The notes under the pieces are model-generated. The model searched no databases, was not told where the DNA came from, and was given only the letters and a program-made list of their open reading frames with translations. The position numbers and the translations under genes were made by a program. A stretch of DNA of 64,000 nt from the IMG/VR virus record IMGVR_UViG_2912874417_000004, positions 32,001-96,000 of that record, one strand, 5' to 3'. Positions 1 to 11,476 of the stretch are shown here, piece by piece. The DNA comes from a virus. Its lineage: Duplodnaviria > Caudoviricetes. Position 1 is the stretch's first letter; every line of letters starts with the position of its first letter.

Positions 1-3000
1 GCTTGTTTTTATCCCTGTCTAATACGGTTCCTGCAATCCGAGTTGTTCCATATTCATAGAGAGTTCTCCCTCTCCATTGATATGGCTTCCCTTTAACCGG
101 CTCTTCTGGTAGCTCATAAAAATCAACAATGTCATATTTAGCAAAGTTAACACCAGAAAGCTCATGATCGGTATAATAATAGCTCAATGAATCCATTTCC
201 CATTTGCCATATGTACCGCTAGCATATTTAATCCACTCATTATTGAGTAGTCTTCGATTTAAAAGTTTTAGAGCCTCATCAGTTCCTAACCATTTTTTTA
301 ATGCAGTCATCTTTTTGTCATATTCTTTTTTAAATGCATTCTCTGAGATTATGAGATGTTCATTGTGAAAATCCACCACACAATTTTCATCAAAGTTTTG
401 GTTAAAGAACTCAGACGCTGCATCATCTAATAAATAAAGCTTATCTTTAGGTGATTCGATTGTCTTAAAGACTTTCTTTGAAATATATTCTTTAAATTTA
501 AAGCACCTAACTTCTAAAGCAAATTGTTCAGGAATCAAATCGTTTTCTAACATCATACCTATATTTGCCATGGTTAATTTCTTTTTAGGTTCGGCAATTA
601 TTGTGATGTACTTTTTCATGATTTCTTTTCGGTCATCAAAGGTATCAAAGCAGCCTCCCTTAATCAATTGTATTACTTGGCCTTTTTTGATTTTTCCTGT
701 ATAGAATAATTTATCAAGGAATTCTTCAAAGGACTCGTATGGCCTATTTGAAATTATTCGGTGAACTATTTCATCTCCAATTCCATTCATGCCTTTCATT
801 CCAAAGATAATTGAATTGTTTTGAATATCTGCCTTAAAACCAAAACCAGCCTTATTAACATCAGGTAAATCAACCTTTATACCTCGATGGCGTATGCTTC
901 CTATAGCCGAAGCAACTTTCCCATAGTCAGTTTTCTGAGTCTTCTTATTTCCGTCTTTGTCTCCTGCTTCTTCTTCATTTTCAACACCACCACTGTTAAC
1001 TGTCAAACAGGCAGTGTTCCAGTATAAAGGGTTATATCGGTAGTTTAAGTTCAACTCCTGTAACGCAATAATGGAATACGCTAAAGTATGAAGTAGACTG
1101 AAACTGTAGCCAAACTGTCTTTTAAATTGAACATTCCACACATAATTCAAAAGAGCGTCTGACGCACCAACCTCCTTCCCTTTCTTGAAGAATAAGTTCT
1201 GAACTTCTTTTAATACATCTTCTTTTTTCTTTGCTATGGATTTCCTTAAATAATTTGACTCCTTAATATCGAAACCGGCTATATCTTTATCCATTACCAT
1301 TTGCATGACAACTTCTTGAGTGTCAGCAACTCCATAAATGTCTTTTAAATATCTTTCAACCACCTTTATCCCGGCATTGCTTAGACCATAATTGCGCATT
1401 TCTTCATACCATAGTGACATATTGTTCTTATACTTTACATATGTGTCAACAGGTTGCTCTTCTCCATCAGACATTAAACGCATTAAAGAGTTTGTGACTG
1501 CCGCCTCAAGCAGGCTTTTGGGTTTAACTTTAATCACAGATTGGTGGCCGACCTCGGTCGAAAACTGGAACAAATCCATTACCTCTCCATTACCAGCCAT
1601 TTCCCACAGCCTTGGATCTTCATATTCAATTACGTCTGGATGAATGTATTTCTTGTATGTTTCCTTTAAGTTTCCTTGCCATTCAATTTCTTTGTTCTCG
1701 ATTAACTGGTCTAAGGTTACTCGAATCTTATCTAAAGCCTCAATGGTCAGAAGATCAAACTTTACCGAGCCCATGGCTTCACTATCACCCATGTTAAACT
1801 GTGTAATAAAAGCTCCTTTAGGAGTTTTCATCATTGCATTCGACTTTGTATATTCATTGTTAAAGATAATAACTCCAGCTGCGTGAGAAGACCGTTTATT
1901 AGTTAATCCTTCAATTTTCAGAGCTGTTTCTTTAAGATTGGGGTATTGCTCAACCTCTCTAATAAACTCTTTCATTGGTTTTCTGTTAGTTTCTATGTCA
2001 CCATAAAAACAATGCGTTAATGGCCAGTTAGACCCTCTTTCATAAGGAATCATCCCACTTAAATATTCAGATATATCGTTATCTATCCCTAAGCCTCTAC
2101 ATGCTGTCTTAAGCGCTGATTTTGAGCCCTCAGTTCCAAAAGTAGCAATTTGAAGAACACGTTTGTCTCCAAATCTTGTTCTAAGTGCCTTAAGAATTTT
2201 TTGTCTTTTTGATCCTTCAGTATCAATATCGATATCTGGAAGATCAGGTCTAGATTTATGTATATGTCTCCAATGTGGTAAATCATATTGCATTGGGTTA
2301 AATTGAGTGTTGTCGAGTAAATAGTTAACGAGATATCCTGCCGCACTTCCCCTGGCTGCCCCAACTAAACTATCTCCACCACACTCATCATCCCAAATAA
2401 TATTAATTATTTCTCTGACTGTTATGTAATAAGAAGGCATGGACTGGTTTAGCTTTTGGCTGATTTCCCAAAGCTCTCCTAGCTCAACATTAATCCTATT
2501 TAATATTTTGTGAAATGCATCCTTTGTTAGTTCATTTGTTTTCAACTTATCATCAAAGCCATCTTCAATTAATTTCAAGAGATATCTGTCCTGCTCATCT
2601 TTCGATTCAGACATCTTCTTTATGTACTCATACTCATTATATGCTGGTTTAAATAAATGCCTCAATTTAAACTGTGGTAGCTCCATTTTTGGAATAATTG
2701 GTTCGTGCTCAATAGTATAGTCTTCAATCATCTCTCCAATTAGTAATGTGTTTTCAATGGCCTCATTGATGATCTCTTTGTCCATGTAGTCCATTCTCTC
2801 ATGAATTTCATCAACATTCTGAACAAAACATGCCTCATAAAAAGAGTCGACTTCTCTCTCTCCATCCTTGGCATTTAAAAAGGCTTGGTGAATTGCCCTG
2901 TCTTCCGGTCTAAGAAAGTGTGCATCAGTTGTGACTATCATTTTTAATCCATAGCCGTTAGCTATATCAACAAGTTTCTTATTACAATAAATCTGCTCTT

Positions 3001-3637
3001 CACTTAAAGCTGGCTGAAGCTCAATAAAGAACTTATCTTTCCCAAAGACTTTTACACACCATGTTATAAACTCGTGAATTTTTAATTTGTGCTGCTTGAT
3101 TGACTGAATGTTTCCACTTTCTTCGCAATCTTTGATTCTGAGTAAATTGATATTCACCTCAGAGCCGAGACAAGCTGTTGTAGCGATAATGTGACCTGGA
3201 TCTTTGCTAAGCAGTTCTTCTACATCCTTTTTAACTGTTGGCACTCTTTCCATTGTTCCTGTGTAAAATGAATTTCCCCAGGCTTGTGAAGACAGTATTC
3301 TTAGCTGCTCATGTCCTATAGGATCAATTGCCAACATCAAGAAGTGTGGAAATTTTGTCTGTCCTGACTTATAGTTATCACGAACTTCTTCCAGTGAATC
3401 GATTAAATATGCTTCATTCCCCAATATGAGTTTAAAATCTGTAGGCATATCCCCTTTCTTCTTCATTTCTCTGACAGTCTTAATCGCTTCTAAGTGCGCT
3501 GAAAGAACCTCATGGTCAGTAATAGCTAATCCTTTATAATTCATCTGAACCGCTGTCTTAAGCAATTCTCCAACTGAGTTTGTTGAATCGAGTAGTCTTA
3601 TGTTACTTTTATCAGTGTGACAGTGACATCCAATCAA
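1..3637 (-). CDS. yorL: DNA polymerase III alpha subunit (DnaE-type), runs off the left edge
   Basis: Read manually: TTG start at 3637 gives MIGCHCHTDKSNIRLLDS (PHP HxH); same frame gives GDSLVGAARGSAAG and PDLPDIDID near 2240-2380 and is still open at position 1. Confidence 0.93.
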   Translation of the reverse strand, partial: MIGCHCHTDKSNIRLLDSTNSVGELLKTAVQMNYKGLAITDHEVLSAHLEAIKTVREMKKKGDMPTDFKLILGNEAYLIDSLEEVRDNYKSGQTKFPHFLMLAIDPIGHEQLRILSSQAWGNSFYTGTMERVPTVKKDVEELLSKDPGHIIATTACLGSEVNINLLRIKDCEESGNIQSIKQHKLKIHEFITWCVKVFGKDKFFIELQPALSEEQIYCNKKLVDIANGYGLKMIVTTDAHFLRPEDRAIHQAFLNAKDGEREVDSFYEACFVQNVDEIHERMDYMDKEIINEAIENTLLIGEMIEDYTIEHEPIIPKMELPQFKLRHLFKPAYNEYEYIKKMSESKDEQDRYLLKLIEDGFDDKLKTNELTKDAFHKILNRINVELGELWEISQKLNQSMPSYYITVREIINIIWDDECGGDSLVGAARGSAAGYLVNYLLDNTQFNPMQYDLPHWRHIHKSRPDLPDIDIDTEGSKRQKILKALRTRFGDKRVLQIATFGTEGSKSALKTACRGLGIDNDISEYLSGMIPYERGSNWPLTHCFYGDIETNRKPMKEFIREVEQYPNLKETALKIEGLTNKRSSHAAGVIIFNNEYTKSNAMMKTPKGAFITQFNMGDSEAMGSVKFDLLTIEALDKIRVTLDQLIENKEIEWQGNLKETYKKYIHPDVIEYEDPRLWEMAGNGEVMDLFQFSTEVGHQSVIKVKPKSLLEAAVTNSLMRLMSDGEEQPVDTYVKYKNNMSLWYEEMRNYGLSNAGIKVVERYLKDIYGVADTQEVVMQMVMDKDIAGFDIKESNYLRKSIAKKKEDVLKEVQNLFFKKGKEVGASDALLNYVWNVQFKRQFGYSFSLLHTLAYSIIALQELNLNYRYNPLYWNTACLTVNSGGVENEEEAGDKDGNKKTQKTDYGKVASAIGSIRHRGIKVDLPDVNKAGFGFKADIQNNSIIFGMKGMNGIGDEIVHRIISNRPYESFEEFLDKLFYTGKIKKGQVIQLIKGGCFDTFDDRKEIMKKYITIIAEPKKKLTMANIGMMLENDLIPEQFALEVRCFKFKEYISKKVFKTIESPKDKLYLLDDAASEFFNQNFDENCVVDFHNEHLIISENAFKKEYDKKMTALKKWLGTDEALKLLNRRLLNNEWIKYASGTYGKWEMDSLSYYYTDHELSGVNFAKYDIVDFYELPEEPVKGKPYQWRGRTLYEYGTTRIAGTVLDRDKNK

Positions 3638-3649
3638 TTTTCATCCCCC

Positions 3650-5377
3650 TTAAAACACAAGTTCTTTTTTCTTTGTACGAACCACCTCCAAGTCATAAAT
3701 TTCAATTTGAGGTGTTTGTCTGCCCTTATATTCATTTACCCTTGCCTTACCAACAACATTAAGTATTAAAGTTCCATTTGATTGAGTAAGTTTCTCAAAG
3801 TATTCTGTATCGCTTTTAAAGCGTATGTATTCAATATCTCCATGTTTAAACTTGACTGTTGTCTTGTTCTTTTTCCCTATGTGTTCAATTTGATCAACAT
3901 CAACTTCTATTTCTGTTATTGCTACTAATGGTTCTTCGACCTTATAGCCCCAATAATCTTTATAGCTATACAGCTTAATTAAAAATTCCTTTCTAAGTTG
4001 ATTAGCCGGTATCTCAAAGTCAACATTTTGAACTTCTTCACCTGTCTCTGCATCTTCAAATTTTTCATTTAGAACTTCATTAACCAAAATCAAGTTTTCA
4101 CGCTTGATTGCAAATCCCGCTGCATTTGAATGGCCTTCAACAAATTCAAACAGCCCTGTATCTGTTAGCTCTTTTTTAAAGTCTTTGATGTAACCAGTCT
4201 CATACCCTCGAATAGACCCGCTCAACACCCCTTCTTCTTCATCGCTTTTTCTAGCCAGCAAAACTGGCTTTTTATATTCACCTGCAAGTACATTTGCTAC
4301 TAGCCCAGTCAAGCTTTTATCCAAAACCCCCTCAGTGTAGACTATAAGCACTTTATTAGCTGCCAAATTCTTTTCTTCAATTCTGTTTTTAATTTCCACA
4401 GTAGCTGCATCAACAATGCGTTTCTGTTTAGCTTTAAGGTTCCCCAAAATTCTGGCTGTGTCCTCGTGAATTGACACCAGATTGCTTTCATCTTGTCCAC
4501 GTTTCTTATATGGAACTTTTTCCTTAGACAACAGAAATGACCTCAACAATTGATCTTTTTCTTCAGTGCTACCGACTCTTATAGCTGCGTTAATTAATGG
4601 ATTAATAAAGAACTGTGTGTTCTGAATGTTTTTGCAACCCTTGGTTGAGAACTCTTGCTTTTTAAAAAGCTTTTTGATTAATGGATGCTTAATGTTCCTC
4701 AAGCCTTCATTCATAAAGTACCTAGTCTCTAAATTTCTTGAATCAGCTGAATCGGCTATGTTACCAATAGAAACAAGATCTAAAAATTGTTCCGCTTTGG
4801 TTTTACCAAGCTTATAATCAATGGCCTGGCAAAGCTTATATGCCATTCCAGCACCCGTTAATGTTTTGTTTGAATACTCAATCGAGAGTTGATTATTGAC
4901 GACTATAGCGTGCTTAGATTCTCTTTCACATTCATGATGGTCAATAACAATTACATCTACGCCCTTCTTTTTTAGCTCCTCATGTTCATCAAATTGACCT
5001 GATCCAGCATCCGGAATTAAAACTAAGTCGACATCATCCGGAATTGTATCAATGAAAATGCCGTGCTCTTTACCCTCATGAATTCGGTATCGTATATCAG
5101 CTTTCGGATAAATTGCTTTTATGTAATTGATAATAATTGAACTGGATGTGTACCCATCTACATCGCTATCCACCTGAACAAATATTTTATTTTTATTCTC
5201 TAAATGCTTTATTAAACAATCAGCTGCTTTATCAATGTTGTTGAGTTTTGAAAAATGAATTACTGCACTTTGATTCACATCAATAAAGCTCTTCGGATTT
5301 TCAATCCCTCTGTTTTTTAAAATTGTCGACAATGGATTGAAATTATAATCATTGTTGCCAATGAGCTTATAAGCCAC
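3650..5377 (-). CDS. yorK: RecJ-like ssDNA exonuclease (DHH family)
   Basis: DSDVDG, IDHH, GSIRG, GHSNAAG motifs; 575 aa. Confidence 0.92.
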   Translation of the reverse strand: MAYKLIGNNDYNFNPLSTILKNRGIENPKSFIDVNQSAVIHFSKLNNIDKAADCLIKHLENKNKIFVQVDSDVDGYTSSSIIINYIKAIYPKADIRYRIHEGKEHGIFIDTIPDDVDLVLIPDAGSGQFDEHEELKKKGVDVIVIDHHECERESKHAIVVNNQLSIEYSNKTLTGAGMAYKLCQAIDYKLGKTKAEQFLDLVSIGNIADSADSRNLETRYFMNEGLRNIKHPLIKKLFKKQEFSTKGCKNIQNTQFFINPLINAAIRVGSTEEKDQLLRSFLLSKEKVPYKKRGQDESNLVSIHEDTARILGNLKAKQKRIVDAATVEIKNRIEEKNLAANKVLIVYTEGVLDKSLTGLVANVLAGEYKKPVLLARKSDEEEGVLSGSIRGYETGYIKDFKKELTDTGLFEFVEGHSNAAGFAIKRENLILVNEVLNEKFEDAETGEEVQNVDFEIPANQLRKEFLIKLYSYKDYWGYKVEEPLVAITEIEVDVDQIEHIGKKNKTTVKFKHGDIEYIRFKSDTEYFEKLTQSNGTLILNVVGKARVNEYKGRQTPQIEIYDLEVVRTKKKELVF

Positions 5378-6513
5378 TAAATCCCTCCTTCATTCGTATT
5401 GATTTCAATTTTTCTTCTCATCAACTCCTCTAAAACGTCTTTTCCCTTATCAGCTGGACTGTCTTTATAATCCAACATGTTTTCAAAATCCCATAAAACA
5501 TACACACGAACATACGGTGTAAATTTTGCTGCAAGCTTCAAGATTTTTTTCTGATACTCTAGCAGTTTACGTTGATACATCTCCTCTGTCTCATGCTCTT
5601 TCGGTGGTCTATATTTATCTAAAGCAATAAACACTTCTTCCACTCCAAGAGAAAGTAAGATATCACGGTGAAAATTTGAAATGTTGTTTGAACAGACTGC
5701 ACATGTGAAATTTGCTTCACCATAAAAGTCCTGGCATTTTAACACAGACTTTTCTGATTCAAAAATTAAAGCTTTTTTAAACCTTTCAATAGAATCTTTT
5801 GTTCTATGTAATCCATATAAATTCATCATGGTCTGATGATTATATAAGGTGTTCCCAACTTTTAAAGGCATATATTTATAACCTGCATCAACTTCCTCTT
5901 TAATAAGAGACCGTCTACGGATACCAATCAATCTGTTATTTAAGTCCCGGTGTGGAATAGTTATCCCTTCTGTGTGAGTTCTAAAATAGTAGCCAATTTC
6001 AAAATCATATAATGTTTGCTGGCTTATCCCCTCTTCCAACCACATTTGATGAGGATAAGGCATAAACACATCTAAAACAGTTTCATTGAAGCTGGGAAGT
6101 TCAATGGCTATCTTTTTCTTCTTATTGAACTTCCCTATCCATTCCCAGTCATCAATTAAATCATTATTCGTGAATGTCTCTCTATTACCGAAACCAAATG
6201 TTCTCCCAGCCAGCCTTGCAACATAATCAATTGCTTGATTGAAAGGTATATTGATCCCTTTTTGACTTTTTGCTCGTATAACAAGCTCAAAGACATCGAA
6301 TGTGTCTCCACATTCTGTATAGCAATGAAATTGCTTTGCTTCGTGGTAATAATACAGCTTGTAGCTTCCACCAGAAGCGTTATGGCAAACGGTTCTGTAT
6401 ATTGGGTTTCCTTGTTGATCCCATTGATTATTTTCGCTACCCAATTCTTTTAATATTTTATGTATATCCTCAAGCGTAAGACTTTCTTTTATTCTGTCCT
6501 TATCATATTTCAA
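5377..6513 (-). CDS. yorJ: DNA primase (Zn finger + TOPRIM)
   Basis: CH...CYTEC zinc finger, FESEKS, ALDK, KDSPAD; lies between RecJ and helicase. Confidence 0.85.
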   Translation of the reverse strand: MKYDKDRIKESLTLEDIHKILKELGSENNQWDQQGNPIYRTVCHNASGGSYKLYYYHEAKQFHCYTECGDTFDVFELVIRAKSQKGINIPFNQAIDYVARLAGRTFGFGNRETFTNNDLIDDWEWIGKFNKKKKIAIELPSFNETVLDVFMPYPHQMWLEEGISQQTLYDFEIGYYFRTHTEGITIPHRDLNNRLIGIRRRSLIKEEVDAGYKYMPLKVGNTLYNHQTMMNLYGLHRTKDSIERFKKALIFESEKSVLKCQDFYGEANFTCAVCSNNISNFHRDILLSLGVEEVFIALDKYRPPKEHETEEMYQRKLLEYQKKILKLAAKFTPYVRVYVLWDFENMLDYKDSPADKGKDVLEELMRRKIEINTNEGGI

Positions 6514-6528
6514 AGGGTGCTACACCCC

Positions 6529-8043
6529 TTATCCTGCTTTAATATTCAATTTTTCAACTGTAATTAATTCATTATCGAGATTTGTTGTGAAACAATCCTT
6601 GATCCGCATATTTCCCATATTTATATGGGAGAAGACTTTTACTTTGTCGTACTCATTTCCCCTGTTTTTAAACACGTGTGTAACAAAATTTGGCTCTGGG
6701 TAAAATCCTGCTTTTAAGATTGGCTCAATTGCATCCTTCTCTTTTTTACTTAAAGGAAGAATAATCATTGCACCATCAGTCTTATCGGCAATAGCTTTAC
6801 TTCCTCTCAGGTAAGATGCGTCTATTACTTGTCCTTTTTGCCATGCCTCTTTCCAATCACCATTTAACTGAGTAGCACTCATCATATAAACATCGTATTT
6901 GTTACATAAGCCCTTTAACTTATCAGACATAAGCAAAAGGATTTGATCCTCTCTTAGGTTGACCCCGCTTTTTTTACTCATCTCCGAAAAAATTGTCACT
7001 GATGAGTGAATATAATCAAAGTAAATGTACTCAACATTATTTTTAATTACATTCTTTTCAATCGTTCTCTCGATCTCTTGGATATTGAAATCAGGAAGAT
7101 GCTCGAACCAAATATTAGACTGCTGAAGTACTTTAGCAGCTTTGCGCACAAGCTGTTTTTCTTGCTCATTGATCGTATTTCTAAGTATTTTTTTCTCTTC
7201 TACGCCACTAATATAGGCAAGTGCCAAGCTTTGCAATTCCTCTGCCATCATTTCCGTTGAGATGACCGTGGAACTTTTATTCCAAGGGTTTTTCACCCAT
7301 TCCTTCTTTTTAAGGTCGTACAACTCAGTTGCACTTAATCGACAAGCATCAGCAACCATATTCCTTGTTTTACCTCCGCCTGTAATACTTGATCGAATGT
7401 AAAACTTTTTCTTACGAGACCCACGGAAAATTGACGTAAGCATTTCGCTATTTAATGGTACTCCAATATCTGGCGACTCCTCAAAAGAATCTAATAACTC
7501 ATCAATGCCTTCTCCACCTTGAATTCCCACACTTTCAGATGAGGTTCGAAACTTCTCTTTTACATCTACAATCTTCATTTCATAAGCTGCTAGAATTTCG
7601 TCAATCGATTTCTTATCAAACTGTTCCTGCATTTTTTCTTGTTCTTTTGGATCAATTATAGTTTCATCATAAATCTCTTTGATATCGAAACCTAAACCAC
7701 TCATCTCTCTGAGCAAACTAAACTTTTTTAGTCTTTTGTAATGGTAATCAAAGTTTTCGACTACAGCCAGCTCTTGAATTCTTTCGATGTATTCAAGGCC
7801 ATTGTTATCATGAAAAATCTTATATTGGATGTCGTAATCTTTTAGATATCCATCTATCTCAACCTCATTCAATACTTCCGTCCCTTGCTGGAATAAGTTA
7901 CTCATAGCAAAAAACAGTATTGAGTGAAATCTTGAAGGGAAATCATCCGAAGTAATCCTATACTTGTTGCTTTCAGACAAGATTGTGGGATCCTTGAGTA
8001 TGCTTCCTAAAACTTGTATAATTGCTTTTTTGTCTTGTAGCAA
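6529..8043 (-). CDS. yorI: Replicative DNA helicase (DnaB-like)
   Basis: Walker A GGGKT, STEM, YFDYIH, ATQLN motifs. Confidence 0.9.
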   Translation of the reverse strand: MLQDKKAIIQVLGSILKDPTILSESNKYRITSDDFPSRFHSILFFAMSNLFQQGTEVLNEVEIDGYLKDYDIQYKIFHDNNGLEYIERIQELAVVENFDYHYKRLKKFSLLREMSGLGFDIKEIYDETIIDPKEQEKMQEQFDKKSIDEILAAYEMKIVDVKEKFRTSSESVGIQGGEGIDELLDSFEESPDIGVPLNSEMLTSIFRGSRKKKFYIRSSITGGGKTRNMVADACRLSATELYDLKKKEWVKNPWNKSSTVISTEMMAEELQSLALAYISGVEEKKILRNTINEQEKQLVRKAAKVLQQSNIWFEHLPDFNIQEIERTIEKNVIKNNVEYIYFDYIHSSVTIFSEMSKKSGVNLREDQILLLMSDKLKGLCNKYDVYMMSATQLNGDWKEAWQKGQVIDASYLRGSKAIADKTDGAMIILPLSKKEKDAIEPILKAGFYPEPNFVTHVFKNRGNEYDKVKVFSHINMGNMRIKDCFTTNLDNELITVEKLNIKAG

Positions 8044-8057
8044 ATGGACTCTCCTTC

Positions 8058-8528
8058 CTATAATGTTGAGATGTCAACAAGTCCCCTTTTCTTTCTCAAT
8101 CCCTTTTTTATAACTAATGTGATTTCTTCTCTTTTGTGATTTTTAGGGTCTTCAGCTGATTTTTGGATTGCCTTTTGTTTAATGTAATGTCGCTTGGCCT
8201 CGTCATATACAAAAGGGACGATTCCAATGCCGTCACCTTCTCTTGGATGATTCTCCAGTGTTTCATAAAAGTACTTAAGCGCAAGCTCGATTCCTTTTAG
8301 CTTATACCCATATTCCTCTTGAAACTCTTTGATCTGTTTTAGCATCATACCTGTCGGAGATGCAAGACCATATAAGTTGCATATGTATTGAAGTAACTCT
8401 TTTCGATGGTCTGCCTCTTGTCTCCACGTGTTGAAGCACTGTTCATGGTAGTATCTTTTTTTATAAGGAATCGCTAAATCTTTATCTAATTTAGTCCCAC
8501 AATATGGACATTTGACTTGTCTTCCCAA
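8058..8528 (-). CDS. yorH: Zn-binding phage replication protein
   Basis: CPYC...HEQC; syntenic position. Confidence 0.7.
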   Translation of the reverse strand: MGRQVKCPYCGTKLDKDLAIPYKKRYYHEQCFNTWRQEADHRKELLQYICNLYGLASPTGMMLKQIKEFQEEYGYKLKGIELALKYFYETLENHPREGDGIGIVPFVYDEAKRHYIKQKAIQKSAEDPKNHKREEITLVIKKGLRKKRGLVDISTL

Positions 8529-8569
8529 ATAATCACCCCTAATAAGGAGGAGGGAATAATCCCCCCAGT

Positions 8570-9541
8570 TTATTTAGATAGAAGATCTTTCAGGTCATCC
8601 AAGATTACAGACATGACGTTTACTTGTTTGCGGCTGCATTCAGTCACTTTAACTCCCTTGCCTAAATGCTTCTCTGTAATCTCATTAACCTCTTCCAATC
8701 GTCCCTCTCCATTGAGCTTAATTCCAACTTCTTTGATTTGCTCCATCAAAGAGTCATAATCAAGCTCCTCTGATGCATTGTTTTGTTTTTGCTCTTCATA
8801 TGTAACAGCAACAATACCTTCTGCTTCTTCCTGTCTTTCAACTGCCTCGATAATGGCCTTCTCCAGGTTCTCTGCAGTGAATTCAGGAAGGTATGTGTCA
8901 ATGTAATCGAATCGGCTCCGTGCAAAGTGCTCATCTGTTTCAGCCAACCAAGCGCTTGATTTGATAACCTTTCTGTCTTCATCAACACCATTGGAACTTA
9001 GATAAAGTACAATATCACTGTTATCAATAACAGGGGCCAATACACGTTTATCACCTTTAGGATAAACTTTTCCTTTTTTGTCCTCAGCAGCATGAGCAAT
9101 AAAGATAACGGTGAATCCTACACCAATCAGTTTATTAATTTCTTCCCATACTTCTGTTTCATACTCTTTCCAAAGACCAAACCCATCATTTCCATCTTTA
9201 ATCCGTTCTACATCATATTGCTCACAAACATATCTGGTTGCATATTTAGCAAATGCATCTACTTCATCAACAATAATTGTCTGATACGTTTCTTTTGCCT
9301 TTTCTGCATTTTTGGTTAACTGTTTATTAACCTTCTTAAAATCCGCCCAGCTATTAATAGCCATAAATTTAACGCCTGCGATGGCATTCAAACCTTTTTC
9401 AAATGGCAAGTATAAAGGCTTCTTCATTCGTGTGCTTTGTTTTGTCTTACCCAAGTTGTTAGAACCATAGATAGTAATAACTTTTCCTTCTAAACCTTTT
9501 GCGACTACTGAAACCTGAGGATTGAAAATATCGATTGCCAT
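8570..9541 (-). CDS. yorG: AAA-type ATPase (Sak4-like)
   Basis: GSNNLGKT Walker A, IIVDE Walker B, FIAH. Confidence 0.8.
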   Translation of the reverse strand: MAIDIFNPQVSVVAKGLEGKVITIYGSNNLGKTKQSTRMKKPLYLPFEKGLNAIAGVKFMAINSWADFKKVNKQLTKNAEKAKETYQTIIVDEVDAFAKYATRYVCEQYDVERIKDGNDGFGLWKEYETEVWEEINKLIGVGFTVIFIAHAAEDKKGKVYPKGDKRVLAPVIDNSDIVLYLSSNGVDEDRKVIKSSAWLAETDEHFARSRFDYIDTYLPEFTAENLEKAIIEAVERQEEAEGIVAVTYEEQKQNNASEELDYDSLMEQIKEVGIKLNGEGRLEEVNEITEKHLGKGVKVTECSRKQVNVMSVILDDLKDLLSK

Positions 9542-9629
9542 TTAAACTCTCCTTTAATTTTGATTTGATGGGTGAGCCAAAGCCCACCCCAGTTATGTAC
9601 CTTTAATTTAATTATTTTATTTTTATCTA

Positions 9630-10544
9630 TTAAAAAGGGAGGTCATCATCTGAAATTTCAACAGGCTTTGAAGGCTTGTTATTAGGAGCGCTTCCGCCAA
9701 ACCCAGACTTTTTATTATTCTCATTGCTGCTTTCATTCTTAAGCCCATCTAGGTAGATCTCTCTTTCAGTCAACGCTTTTTTAATTGCATCTGCATTAAA
9801 AGCATGCTTGCTATCCTCGTCATATGGATCATTGCCACCTGTAACTAGGTACTCTCTTTTCGAATTAGTAGTGATTTCTTTCTTGTCTTCGCCAAATGCT
9901 GCTGTTTTGGTCGTTACTTTTTGCTCTTTAAAGTTAATAATTTTTCCAAAAACGTTAACCGTAGACCCTTTTTCATAATTATTTTCAACGTATTGAGACC
10001 CTTCTTTTGTGACTACAAATTCAAACGGAATTACTTTCCCACCATATAAAGGAATATAACCATTTAAATTAACTCTGCCCGTTTCTTCACCTTTTACTTT
10101 TTCTTCGGTTACATTCTTTACAAACAGCTCAACATCAAATTCTGCTCTTGGATTGAATTCTTCATTGGCGTCCAGTCTATTTACAAAGTTAGTCGTTAAC
10201 TGTGGATACGCCTTTAAAATCCCTTGAGAGTAATATTCATTCAATCCAATCTTTCCTTGGGTAATTCTCACTTTGTCAGCTTCATCTCTCCCATGTTCTG
10301 CAATGGACTTATATTCACTGATAATGGTTTGATAACCTTTTGCAATAGCATTATCTGTGCCATCAGCTTTCTTATACTTTGAAAAGCCCTTTACTGTATG
10401 CACTTCATTTGGTGCAACCTCAATATCTAATTCAATATTTAACCCCTTGCCGCTTTTCCACTCAGTGTGTCTTACCTCAGCAAGTGTCCCCTCAATAGTT
10501 ACAACATTTGATGCTTCACGTAGTACTGTTTTATTTTCTGCCAT
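9630..10544 (-). CDS. yorF: Putative single-stranded DNA-binding protein
   Basis: Beta-rich, acidic SSB-type C-terminal tail DDDLPF. Confidence 0.75.
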   Translation of the reverse strand: MAENKTVLREASNVVTIEGTLAEVRHTEWKSGKGLNIELDIEVAPNEVHTVKGFSKYKKADGTDNAIAKGYQTIISEYKSIAEHGRDEADKVRITQGKIGLNEYYSQGILKAYPQLTTNFVNRLDANEEFNPRAEFDVELFVKNVTEEKVKGEETGRVNLNGYIPLYGGKVIPFEFVVTKEGSQYVENNYEKGSTVNVFGKIINFKEQKVTTKTAAFGEDKKEITTNSKREYLVTGGNDPYDEDSKHAFNADAIKKALTEREIYLDGLKNESSNENNKKSGFGGSAPNNKPSKPVEISDDDLPF

Positions 10545-10566
10545 TTAAATAATCAACCTCTTCCTT

Positions 10567-10947
10567 TTAATTATTAATTTTATTTTTATTCTTAAAATGC
10601 CTATAATGAGACTTGCTACTAAACTTACAATCCTTGATACCAAGTAGCTTGTTTAATTCTATGTATCTCTTTTTTGGAAAGTCCCAAGGTTCAGGATCAC
10701 CTTTTACATTTTCAATCCTTATTACTGTTCCATGTCGAATTGTGATCTTTAAGTTTCCATATGAGTATGTTTTAGAAAAAAGACCTCTTTTAATTCCTCT
10801 TGGTTTAAATTCCTTTACCAACATCACATTCCTGGTTAACTTTCTTCTTGCTTGGTCTTCGTCAATGTCGTAATTCCTTTTGACATCATTTTTGTAGGTA
10901 TGTAAGGCTTCGGCAGATACTTTCAGTATCTTTAATTCCTTTTTCAT
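10567..10947 (-). CDS. yorE: Basic phage protein
   Basis: ORF with RBS; syntenic position. Confidence 0.6.
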   Translation of the reverse strand: MKKELKILKVSAEALHTYKNDVKRNYDIDEDQARRKLTRNVMLVKEFKPRGIKRGLFSKTYSYGNLKITIRHGTVIRIENVKGDPEPWDFPKKRYIELNKLLGIKDCKFSSKSHYRHFKNKNKINN

Positions 10948-10976
10948 CTCTTTCCTCCTTTCTCTCTTTGGGATAA

Positions 10977-11030
10977 CTTAATCTTACATCACCAAAACGG
11001 ATTGGTCAATAACTATTTTATTTTTATTCT
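10977..11030 (-). promoter_or_regulatory. SigA promoter (TTGACC-17-TAAGAT) with upstream SPBRE-like repeat, driving the replication operon
   Basis: Minus strand reads GAATAAAAATAAAATAGTTA-TTGACC-N17-TAAGAT. Confidence 0.7.
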
Positions 11031-11203
11031 AATAAATAATAAACAGTTCTCTCTTGTAAGAGTGTCTTTATCAATTGCGGTACAGGCTGCCTCTGAATAT
11101 TGATCTTCTTATTTTCCGCCCCCAATAACGCGTGTAATTTTATAAAATGATATTGAGAGTTAAGAAGCACCTTTGCTTAGGCGCTTCTGTATAACAAACT
11201 ATC

Positions 11204-11455
11204 CTATACCTGAAATTCAGCTACGTACCTCTTATCTGATCCTTCATTACCGTAATCAGAAACTTTTGCAAAGTCCGTTGTAAAAATTTCATCTGGGTAC
11301 TCACGGATCATTTTTCTACACAGGTTAGACAGAGCTTCTTGCTTCGTTCTGCCATATTCATACAACAACACATTAAACACCTCCTTAACATTATTATGAG
11401 ATATCCTTTGACTGCTAATCCTTAATTGTACCCACTTTACGACATAACAAATCAA
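11204..11455 (-). CDS. Small hypothetical protein (true start probably near 11370)
   Basis: AAGGAGGTG RBS inside the ORF before V/L-LYEYGRTK. Confidence 0.5.
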   Translation of the reverse strand: MICYVVKWVQLRISSQRISHNNVKEVFNVLLYEYGRTKQEALSNLCRKMIREYPDEIFTTDFAKVSDYGNEGSDKRYVAEFQV

Positions 11456-11476
11456 AACAAGTGAAAATTCATAAAA

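Noticed and set aside
1-3637. Possible intein, intron or frameshift in the polymerase
   Set aside because: Frame is consistent at 3637, about 2365 and 4, and the length leaves no obvious room for an insertion.
1392-3762. Short ORFs listed on both strands over the left end
   Set aside because: They are shadow frames of the DnaE gene, which the track omits because it has no stop codon in the window.
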